Part shown: piece by piece, positions 37,547 through 45,985 of the stretch
How positions within the stretch are numbered: position 1 is the stretch's first letter
Layout: each line of letters begins with the position of its first letter
Assembly (NCBI GenBank): GCA_964620805.1
Contig: CAZUJQ010000003.1
Span: forward strand, 1 to 57,583
Source of the DNA: an uncultured Planctomycetales bacterium
GTDB lineage: Bacteria; Omnitrophota; Gorgyraeia; Zapsychrales; JAHFFX01
Direction of reading: 5' to 3'
Length of the DNA: 57,583 nt
Program-made: the position numbers and the translations under genes
Notes under the pieces: model-generated
The model's database searches: none
Told to the model about the DNA's origin: nothing
What the model saw: the letters and a program-made list of their open reading frames with translations, nothing else

Positions 37547-39541
37547 TTGAGTAAAAATATTCTGTTAGTTCTCTCGGAAAAAGATAATGCCCCATCTTTG
37601 TTAAGGAAAATTCTGCAGCAGAATACCAATAAGGTTTTTTTGTGTCCGATTGACTATCGAGCGTCTAGGCTTGCCGAAAGATTAAATAAATCTATCAATG
37701 AGAAAAAGCCTGGAAATGCAGAGCTTGTGGACTTTGTGGGCAAGTTCAATCAAGAGGCTTATCAGCTTAAAGGTGAATATATCAATTTTATCTATGACCT
37801 TGGTGAAAAAGAGTTAATTAATGGAAAGAATTTAAAAGAATATTTTGCTTATCCCAAAGAAAATTTCTCTGTGTGGTGGTTTTCGCTCATTGCCGAAAGA
37901 AATCCCTATAAAAGTTCCAGTTTTATCTTTTTTACGAAGATCAATACGATCCTGAAGTTAAAAAAGGAATTGAGTTGCCAGGAGATTTGGATCAGTAAAA
38001 ACAGCCGCCTTGTCTATGACGTATTATCAAAACTTAAGTTGCAGGGTGTCGTGTCAGGGTCTTCCAACAATCGGTTTCTTGATGGATTCATCACGGCAAA
38101 AGTCCTATTGATTGAGCTGCCGCGTGTTTTAAGGTTTATTTTGGCTTCCTTTGTAGAAACCATTGCTCTCAAAAAAATGAAAGCTGAATTTAAATGCCAC
38201 AAAGAAGCTATTAAAAATTGCGACTTAGCTCTATTGACAACATTTCCCTTGATTGATCAGAAAAAACTTAAACAGGGGAAATTTGTTAATCTTGCTTATG
38301 GGTCATTGCAGGATGCCATCGAACAAAGCCATAACAAAAAGAAGATAGCCTGGTTTGGAATCTTTGCTTCTGTCAATTCTTTAAAATGGCCTCAGGTTCT
38401 TCCGATCACACGAAAAATAAAAAAAATTGAACGATTTTTCTTAGTGGATGAATGGTTGAGTTTAAAAGATTTAGGCAGGATTGTATCGACATACTTTTTT
38501 TTAGCGTTTCGGTGTTTAAGGTATCTTGGCCGCTACAGGGCACAATTTTATTACCGTGAAGCCACATTGGGGGCTAACCTCAATCTCTGGCCTATCTTTG
38601 CGAGAGATTTTCTTTCTTCATTTTGTGGAAAAGTTCTTATCTGGGGGCTAAGCGATTATTGGAAATTTTCAAATATTACACAAGAGTTGCTGCCAAAAAC
38701 AAAAATACTTTATTTCGCAGAATTGCATGGGTGGGAAAAGGCCTTGAATGTGGCCTGCGCGCAAAGGAAAGATGTTGTCTGCGTCGGCCTGCAGCATGCC
38801 TCCATCTCTTCTTTGTGGCTTAATTATTTTAATCATCCAACGGATCTATCAGGAAGCGATTATGTTCGTTATACTCCCACGCCCAATTATTTAGGATGTG
38901 TTGGATCGATTGCCCGCAATATTTTTCTGGAAAACGGTTGGCCTCGCGAAAAAATATTTATCTTAGGTGGGTTTCGATTTCCCAGCCTTAAAAAAACATC
39001 TTCGATGACATCTGTGTCACAGAAAAAAAATCAGATTGTGGTTGCCTTGTCTTTATCGCCGGTTGCTAATAAGGAAATACTATTATTTATTTACGATGCT
39101 TTTTATAATAAAAATTACAGTTTTGATATTCTTTTTAAGTGTCACCCCATTGATCCCTTAGAGAAAGTAGCCCAAAAGATAGGGCTAGATATGACCGGAA
39201 ATTTAAGATTTACAAATCAGAGTTTGGATGAAGTGGTTGCCGAATCCCGGGCTATGATCGTCAAGGAATCTTCCTCAGTTTTTTGGGCTATTAATCACAA
39301 TATTCCGATTATCGTTCCGTATCTGTACAGCTTTGTGGATATCTGTCCGCTATCGGAGGTGAGTCATTTAGCCCACTACGTGGCAACTCCGGCCGAATTA
39401 TTTGACGTTGCCTATGAGATTATGCAAGATAAAAAAGAGATTAATAAGACAGAATATCGGGAATTTTTTAATCGGTATATAGAAATTTATCAAACAGACG
39501 AACGGTATTACGAAAATCTCATGTCGGCGATCAATTCGTAA
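37547..39541 (+). CDS. Large orphan surface-carbohydrate protein, probable GT-B-fold transferase (reminiscent of the LIC13510/TIGR04326 family)
   Basis: TTG start; SVWWFSLIAERNP, GLQH, FKCHP, SSSVFWAINHNIP. Family assignment from memory, not a search. Confidence 0.55.
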   Translation: MSKNILLVLSEKDNAPSLLRKILQQNTNKVFLCPIDYRASRLAERLNKSINEKKPGNAELVDFVGKFNQEAYQLKGEYINFIYDLGEKELINGKNLKEYFAYPKENFSVWWFSLIAERNPYKSSSFIFFTKINTILKLKKELSCQEIWISKNSRLVYDVLSKLKLQGVVSGSSNNRFLDGFITAKVLLIELPRVLRFILASFVETIALKKMKAEFKCHKEAIKNCDLALLTTFPLIDQKKLKQGKFVNLAYGSLQDAIEQSHNKKKIAWFGIFASVNSLKWPQVLPITRKIKKIERFFLVDEWLSLKDLGRIVSTYFFLAFRCLRYLGRYRAQFYYREATLGANLNLWPIFARDFLSSFCGKVLIWGLSDYWKFSNITQELLPKTKILYFAELHGWEKALNVACAQRKDVVCVGLQHASISSLWLNYFNHPTDLSGSDYVRYTPTPNYLGCVGSIARNIFLENGWPREKIFILGGFRFPSLKKTSSMTSVSQKKNQIVVALSLSPVANKEILLFIYDAFYNKNYSFDILFKCHPIDPLEKVAQKIGLDMTGNLRFTNQSLDEVVAESRAMIVKESSSVFWAINHNIPIIVPYLYSFVDICPLSEVSHLAHYVATPAELFDVAYEIMQDKKEINKTEYREFFNRYIEIYQTDERYYENLMSAINS

Positions 39542-39563
39542 TATCGAATGGTAAAAGGAGCTC

Positions 39564-41252
39564 ATGATTTATCTCTATGTTCTCATTTATGCTTTGCTAT
39601 TGTGTTACCTGCGGTTTTCGGGCGTAAGCCACGTAGCCTACATGCCGATTTTTTCTTTGTTTGAAGATCCGACCTACTATCCGAATGACATTTATGTGCA
39701 TCATTCTCTGGTCGCCGGCAGCAGTTATTTATATCCCCTGCTAAGTATTTTGGGCCCCCTTGCCTCCAATACGTATTTTATCTTTCTGCTGCATACCGCA
39801 GCCAATCTCATCAATGTCTTTTTCATCTTTAAAATCGTCGAACTCTTGTTCCCAAATCTTAGAAAATATGACATCGGTCTGATTGCTTTATTGTTGTTTC
39901 TATACGATTATCCTATTTTTATGGCTTATTCCCAGATTGTCTTACAATTCAGTTTTTCCCAAACTACCATCGCCATGCCGATTCTTTCGGCGAGTCTTTA
40001 TTATTTTCTGAAGGGTAAATTGCTTACGGCCGTTTTTTTATCGGGCGTGTTGGCAGCCCCACTCCATTTTAAGTCGGCATGGTTCATTTTCTTGATGATT
40101 GTAACCTTCATTATTTTTTCTTATAAAAAATTAAGCTCTAAAAAAACTTTAGTAGCCTTTTTTTTAAGCGGTATAGTTGTTTTAATTATGTCTTTATACC
40201 GCGGGGCGCATACAGGAAATGGCGTGCTCACTTTTTCTCAGCTTTTGGAGATGTGCGAAGGGATTAATAAAAGGGATTTAAATGAGATTGTTGTTTTGAT
40301 GAATCCCTGGTGGGATTTTGTTAAATTATTTTTGGTCTTTTTTGGCGGCTGGAAGTGTGTTTCATTTGTTGAGGATGTGGGTCAGCGCTTTAAACTTTCT
40401 TTTTTTTATGTGTTATCGTTGGCGGTTTTCGCTTTTGGTACGATTTATACTTCATATTTTTATAAAGTTGTTCCTATTCCGGAAGTGCTTTTATTAAGCT
40501 TTCCGCGGATGATGGCTCTCCCTTTGATTATTTCGATTATTTTGATTGGCGGGGCCTTGTTAACCTTATTTATTCGCTACGGAAAAAATGCCCACCTGCG
40601 ATGGCTCGTCATTTTTGCTTTGTTTGTTTTTGCTTATTTTCCAAATTTTAAGAAATCGATTGTTATATATCTAGTATGTATTGCTGTCGCTTATGTCCTT
40701 GTTTATCGTAGCCAAAAGATTCCTTTTAAAATGGGATTAAAGCCTTTAACCGCCTTTATGTATTCGGCGGTCTTCCTGTTTCTTATGGTCAGGGCCGGCG
40801 GCATGGTTTTAAAATCTTATAAGGAAAAAGCCCCGTTTTTTCCTCTGACCGTTTTTAACCTAGAAAGACCATTTTATGATGCCGAACTATGGGCGAAAGA
40901 GCACACTCCCAAAGATAGTGTTTTTCTCTGCTTTAAAGAAGGCAGCATATTTTATCACGAACATGGATTTAGAAGATTTTCCGGCCGAACGATGCTTTTC
41001 GGCGACTATAATAGTTTTTATTTAAATTATGATTTGATTCAAGAGCATAAAAAAAGAGAACTCTTCAGAGAAAATCTTATGAGACTGATCCAAGGTGGAA
41101 ATAAGGCAGAAATCATTCAGTTCATTGCTAAGATACCCTGGCGGCTGGATTATATTATGCTGTCGAATAAATATTCCTTGCCGTATCCTACTGTTTATTT
41201 TAATGAAGAATATACCTGCTATTGGGTCGGACACAAAGATGGATCATCTTGA
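39564..41252 (+). CDS. Polytopic membrane protein (GT-C-like/unknown)
   Basis: About a dozen hydrophobic segments, then a soluble C-terminal domain (WAKEHTPKDSVF..FRRFSGR). Confidence 0.65.
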   Translation: MIYLYVLIYALLLCYLRFSGVSHVAYMPIFSLFEDPTYYPNDIYVHHSLVAGSSYLYPLLSILGPLASNTYFIFLLHTAANLINVFFIFKIVELLFPNLRKYDIGLIALLLFLYDYPIFMAYSQIVLQFSFSQTTIAMPILSASLYYFLKGKLLTAVFLSGVLAAPLHFKSAWFIFLMIVTFIIFSYKKLSSKKTLVAFFLSGIVVLIMSLYRGAHTGNGVLTFSQLLEMCEGINKRDLNEIVVLMNPWWDFVKLFLVFFGGWKCVSFVEDVGQRFKLSFFYVLSLAVFAFGTIYTSYFYKVVPIPEVLLLSFPRMMALPLIISIILIGGALLTLFIRYGKNAHLRWLVIFALFVFAYFPNFKKSIVIYLVCIAVAYVLVYRSQKIPFKMGLKPLTAFMYSAVFLFLMVRAGGMVLKSYKEKAPFFPLTVFNLERPFYDAELWAKEHTPKDSVFLCFKEGSIFYHEHGFRRFSGRTMLFGDYNSFYLNYDLIQEHKKRELFRENLMRLIQGGNKAEIIQFIAKIPWRLDYIMLSNKYSLPYPTVYFNEEYTCYWVGHKDGSS

Positions 41253-42168
41253 ATACACAGATTGTAACCTTTGTCATTCAAATGACTATGCGATTATTTA
41301 TAAGAGCGGCCATTCGGATAATGGCGGCATGGTCCCTCAGCGCTATCTATGCACGGAGATCAATAAAGGAGATTTTGGGACCGTTGTTCAATGCCGCCAG
41401 TGCGGTCTTATGTACAACAACCCACGGTTAAAACCGCAAGTGGCCAAAGAACTTTATGTCAATTCCGCAGACCCTTTGTATGTTAAGGAGCAAAAACAAC
41501 GTATTGAAAGCTTTCGTAGAACTGCACGGGAATGCGAAAAAATTAAAAGCGGCGGCAACCTGTTGGATATCGGGAGTTTTTACGGGTTTTTCTTGGAAGC
41601 TGCTTCTAAAGAGAAATGGCAAAGGTACGGTGTGGAACTTAGCAAAAACGCCATTTTTTATACAAGAAAACATTTTGGAATAGATGTTTTTGAAGGGGAT
41701 TTATTTGCGGCTCACTATCCCGACAGGCATTTTGACCTTGTCACCATGTGGGATGTTATTGAACATCTTCATAATCCCAAAGAGACATTGCTGGAGATCA
41801 ATCGAGTGCTTAAAGATGACGGGCTTTTGGCCCTTGTGACTCCTAATATTAATAGCTTTATGGCAAGAATTTTTAAGGATCAATGGTGGTTTCTAGTGCC
41901 ATCGCATATTTACTACTTTACGCCCCGTACGATAGGAAAGATGCTTAATGAGGCAGGTTTTAAGATGATAAGAAAGGGAACTTATGGCAGGAGCTTCACC
42001 TTATCCTATTGGGCCACAAAGATTGAACCTTACAACCGCCGTATATACGGAATGATTGATAAGGTCATTCGTTCCCTGAAAATGGGACAGTGGCCCTTGA
42101 ATCTTAATCTGGGGGATCATATGCTAGTATTTGCTCAGAAGAAAACAACCAAAGGAAAGGACAGCTGA
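41239..42168 (+). CDS. Class I SAM-dependent methyltransferase with N-terminal Cys motifs
   Basis: CNLC..CRQCG; LLDIGSFYG; FDLVTMWDVIEH; start moved to ATG 41239. Confidence 0.85.
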   Translation: MDHLEYTDCNLCHSNDYAIIYKSGHSDNGGMVPQRYLCTEINKGDFGTVVQCRQCGLMYNNPRLKPQVAKELYVNSADPLYVKEQKQRIESFRRTARECEKIKSGGNLLDIGSFYGFFLEAASKEKWQRYGVELSKNAIFYTRKHFGIDVFEGDLFAAHYPDRHFDLVTMWDVIEHLHNPKETLLEINRVLKDDGLLALVTPNINSFMARIFKDQWWFLVPSHIYYFTPRTIGKMLNEAGFKMIRKGTYGRSFTLSYWATKIEPYNRRIYGMIDKVIRSLKMGQWPLNLNLGDHMLVFAQKKTTKGKDS

Positions 42169-42947
42169 TGTACAACAATTTAAAGGTCATTGTTTTCATG
42201 CCGGCCTTTAATACCGGCCATATTTTGGAGACAACTTACCAAGAACTTCCCAATGAAGGAATCAGTGAGATCCTTCTTGTTGATGACGGTAGCCGAGATG
42301 ACACTGTTAAAGTTGCCCAGAGATTAGGGGTTAGCGTTGTAAGCCATGAAAAAAACCTAGGCTACGGCAGCGCGCAGAAGACAGGTTATCGAGAGGCGTT
42401 GAAAAGAGGAGCCGATATTGTCGTGATGGTTCATTCCGACCATCAATATGACCCGACCCTTACGCCAAAATTCATAGAACCAATCGCTTCGGGCCGTGCC
42501 GATGCGGTCACAGGATCAAGAATGTCAAACGGCGGCGCCCTTAAAGGAGGCATGCCGATTTGGAAATATATCCCCAACAGATTTCTGACCCATTTAGAAA
42601 ATTTTGTCTTTAGGACAAATATCACGGATTATCATAATGGCTTTCGTGCTTATAGTCGTAAAGTTTTAGAGTCTATTTCCTTTGAAAAATTTTCGGATAA
42701 ATTTGATTTTGATACAGACATTATGATCCAGATCGCGATCCGGAAATTTAGAATCGCGGAAGTCGCACACGAGACGCGTTACCGCCAGGAAAATTCGCAA
42801 ATGTCCTTAGGCAAAGGCATTGAGTATGGCTTAAAGATCCTTAAGACGATAGTGAAATTTAAACTCCATGAGTGGGGTATAAAACGCTTTGACATCTTCG
42901 AGGTTAAAGCTCCTGTTTTTATGGAAAAGCCAGTGGAGGTTTCATAA
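42168..42947 (+). CDS. GT2 polyprenol-phosphate glycosyltransferase (DPM1-like)
   Basis: LVDDGSRDDT, NLGYG, HSDHQYDP, GSR, GFRAYS, FDTDIMIQ. Confidence 0.82.
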   Translation: MYNNLKVIVFMPAFNTGHILETTYQELPNEGISEILLVDDGSRDDTVKVAQRLGVSVVSHEKNLGYGSAQKTGYREALKRGADIVVMVHSDHQYDPTLTPKFIEPIASGRADAVTGSRMSNGGALKGGMPIWKYIPNRFLTHLENFVFRTNITDYHNGFRAYSRKVLESISFEKFSDKFDFDTDIMIQIAIRKFRIAEVAHETRYRQENSQMSLGKGIEYGLKILKTIVKFKLHEWGIKRFDIFEVKAPVFMEKPVEVS

Positions 42948-42969
42948 AAAGCATAGAAAAGGCAGCAAT

Positions 42970-43977
42970 ATGGTAAAAAAGAAAATAAGCCTAGTGACGG
43001 GTGGAGCAGGATTTATAGGGTCTCATGTGGCAGACTATCTTTTAAAAATGGATCATACGGTTGTTGTGCTTGACGATTTAAGCGGTGGTTCACGCGAGAA
43101 TGTAAATAAGAAATGTGCTTTTATTAAGGGCTCAATTACAAATCAAAAATTAATGGAAAGGATATTTAAGCAATATAAGTTCGACTATGTTTATCATTTG
43201 GGAGCATATGCAGCCGAGGGTTTGAGTCATTTTATACGTAGATTTAACTATATGAACAATGTGATCGGTTCGATTAATCTTATTAACTTGGCTATTCTTT
43301 ATAATATTGAACATTTTATCTTTACTTCAAGTATTGCCACCTACGGAAGAAACCAACTGCCCATGGTTGAAACAATGACACCAATCCCTGAAGATCCTTA
43401 CGGAATTGCCAAATATGCGATCGAACTTGATTTGAAAGCGGCCCAAGAAGTGTTTGGACTTACCTACACGATTTTTCGTCCACATAATGTCTATGGAGAA
43501 CGTCAAAATCACGGCGATCCTTATCGGAATGTCCTGGGAATTTTTATCAACAATCTCATGAAGGGTAAACCCATGACAGTTTTTGGCGATGGAAAGCAAA
43601 CCCGCGCTTTTACGTATATCGATGATGTGGCGCCTTATATCGCTCAGGCGGTAGCGGTTGAAGCTGCTAAGAATCAAACCTTTAATATCGGTGCGGATAA
43701 ATCCTATTCGGTTTTAGAATTGGCCAATATCATTGCTAAAGCGATGGAGGTTGCGCCGAAAGTTGAATTCTTGCCACCCCGCAATGAAGTTGTCCATGCG
43801 TTTTCCGACCATTCTAGGATAAGAAGTGTTTTTGGTATTCAAGAGACGATTCCATTAGAAGAAGGAGTCAGGCGAATGGTTCAATGGGCTAGAAAAGTCG
43901 GACCTAAGAGCCCTAAAAAATTTAAAAGCATTGAATTGATTAAAAACATCCCATCAAGCTGGATAAAAAGCATTTAG
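42970..43977 (+). CDS. NAD-dependent epimerase/dehydratase
   Basis: TGGAGFIG, TSS, PYGIAK, FRPHNVYG; start moved to ATG 42970. Confidence 0.87.
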   Translation: MVKKKISLVTGGAGFIGSHVADYLLKMDHTVVVLDDLSGGSRENVNKKCAFIKGSITNQKLMERIFKQYKFDYVYHLGAYAAEGLSHFIRRFNYMNNVIGSINLINLAILYNIEHFIFTSSIATYGRNQLPMVETMTPIPEDPYGIAKYAIELDLKAAQEVFGLTYTIFRPHNVYGERQNHGDPYRNVLGIFINNLMKGKPMTVFGDGKQTRAFTYIDDVAPYIAQAVAVEAAKNQTFNIGADKSYSVLELANIIAKAMEVAPKVEFLPPRNEVVHAFSDHSRIRSVFGIQETIPLEEGVRRMVQWARKVGPKSPKKFKSIELIKNIPSSWIKSI

Positions 43978-44000
43978 TTTCTTGGTGAACCAATTTCTCT

Positions 44001-44906
44001 ATGGGAGAAAGCAAAAATTTTTTAATTATTGGAGCTAACGGTCTTATTGGGCAGGCTCTTGCCAGAGAGGTTGATGGAAAATATGACTGGAAGGGAACCT
44101 ATTTTCGGCGTCTAAGCGCACCGTATCTCAAATGCAATATTATGGATTTCCGGGACGTCGTTTCTACGTTGGATTCCGTTAAGCCAACCCACGTGGTTTG
44201 TTGTGCCAATCTCGCTGGAGGGGTGAATTTTTGTGAGAAAAATCCTGACTTAGCAAAGAGATTTCATTTTGAAGGGATTGTCAATTTAGGAAAATCTTGC
44301 CTTGAACATCACGCCAAATTGGTTTTTCTTTCTTCGGAGTGCGTTTTTGACGGGAAAAAAGAAATATACCGGGAAGACGATCACCCGAATCCTCTTAACA
44401 TTTATGGGAAATGGAAAGCTGAAAGCGAACAGTGGATTTGCAAACATCTGACGGATTTTACTATTATCCGGACGATGTTTGTTTTTGGTTGGCAACCGGA
44501 TACCGTGACCCCCAACGCTCTTATGAAAGCGTATTTTTCCATTTCGAAGAAAGAAAAAATTTATGTACCCGCTTTTCGATGGGGTAACCCTACCTATGTC
44601 CATGATTTAGCCAAGGCGATTGTTGAATTGAGTTTATCTCAAAAGAATGACGTGTATCATGTCGCTGGTAGAAGTTATCTGAGCCGTTATGAATGGATAA
44701 AAAAAGCCTGCGATATTTTAGGCTGGGACTCTTCTTGGGTGTATTCCCAAGATAGGACACCCAAAAATCCCCCCGTTTATTCCCAACGGATTTGCTTCGA
44801 TACCGAGAAATTTCATAGTCAACATAAAACAAAGCTTCATAGCCTTGATGAGGCTTTGGCTATGCTCAAAGACGAAATTGATCAAACAGCCCCTTGCGTT
44901 CATTAG
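44001..44906 (+). CDS. RmlD-like NDP-4-keto sugar reductase
   Basis: GANGLIG, SSECVFDG, YGKWK, PTYVHDLA. Confidence 0.8.
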   Translation: MGESKNFLIIGANGLIGQALAREVDGKYDWKGTYFRRLSAPYLKCNIMDFRDVVSTLDSVKPTHVVCCANLAGGVNFCEKNPDLAKRFHFEGIVNLGKSCLEHHAKLVFLSSECVFDGKKEIYREDDHPNPLNIYGKWKAESEQWICKHLTDFTIIRTMFVFGWQPDTVTPNALMKAYFSISKKEKIYVPAFRWGNPTYVHDLAKAIVELSLSQKNDVYHVAGRSYLSRYEWIKKACDILGWDSSWVYSQDRTPKNPPVYSQRICFDTEKFHSQHKTKLHSLDEALAMLKDEIDQTAPCVH

Positions 44907-45985
44907 TGAATACAAACCCTAAAATTAGTGTGGTCATGACTGTTTTTAATGGCGAAAGCCACCTCCGGGAGGCTATCGATAGCATTTTGAATCAGACCTT
45001 TAGGGATTTTGAATTCATCATTGTCGATAATGATAGTACCGATAAAACAGGTGAAATTATATGTTCCTATAGGGATCCGCGCATTGTTTATGTTAAAAAT
45101 ACAAAGAATGTGGGGCAAAGCAAAGCCCTGAATATCGGTATCCGTCGTAGCAGGGGAGATTTTATCGCGCGGATGGACGCTGACGATATTTCTTATCCCG
45201 AGCGGCTAGAAAAACAGTATCAATATTTGCTTAGTCATGATTCCATTGCTGTGGTGGGGGCTCAATATCTGGCGATTGATGAGGAGGGCAAGACCATCCT
45301 TCGATTCCGTCTACCAACGGACCCTTTCGAGATTAGATGTTATTTGATCGGAGTCAGTGAATTATCTTATCAATGCGTGCCGCATCCGATTGTCTTAATA
45401 AGAAAAAAAGCGCTTTTTGACGTTGGCTTGTATAATGAAGAAATTATTACCCAGGATTATGATTTGTGGGTGAGGATGTCACGCAAATATTTTTTTTCGA
45501 ATTTGAAGGAAATATTATTTAAATACCGAGTCCGAAAAAATGCCCAAACTCAAAAATCCAAAGGCATCTTTAGACAAGATTGCGCCAAGATGATTATGGA
45601 TAATATCAAATACTACTGGCCGCAGTTAAGCGATGAGGAATCAAAGATTTTATGGAGGATGTTGAATTTTTGGCCTCAAGCTTCAAAAGGAGATAGCGCT
45701 TTAATTTTTGGACTCTTTGGTGCATTTTTTGATAAGGTGATGAATTCACACGTTATAGACAGCCGGATGAATAAGATTAAAAATCGCATGAAGATGTACT
45801 ACATCCCACAGCTTTTTTTGAGTTCTCGTGCCTTTGCTATCCGAACAGCCATCAAAATCATCTCTTCTCAGCCTTCCTTGTTGTGGGATGTAAAAATGTA
45901 CGCCAAGATCGTAAAAACCTATCTGCACAGAAGAGATGCAGCCGTTTGCTTGAGCGTAGAAAGATCCGCAAACCCATGTTCCTAA
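44894..45985 (+). CDS. GT2 family glycosyltransferase
   Basis: ISVVMTVFNGE, IVDNDSTD, ARMDADD, QDYDLWVR. Confidence 0.87.
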   Translation: MRSLVNTNPKISVVMTVFNGESHLREAIDSILNQTFRDFEFIIVDNDSTDKTGEIICSYRDPRIVYVKNTKNVGQSKALNIGIRRSRGDFIARMDADDISYPERLEKQYQYLLSHDSIAVVGAQYLAIDEEGKTILRFRLPTDPFEIRCYLIGVSELSYQCVPHPIVLIRKKALFDVGLYNEEIITQDYDLWVRMSRKYFFSNLKEILFKYRVRKNAQTQKSKGIFRQDCAKMIMDNIKYYWPQLSDEESKILWRMLNFWPQASKGDSALIFGLFGAFFDKVMNSHVIDSRMNKIKNRMKMYYIPQLFLSSRAFAIRTAIKIISSQPSLLWDVKMYAKIVKTYLHRRDAAVCLSVERSANPCS

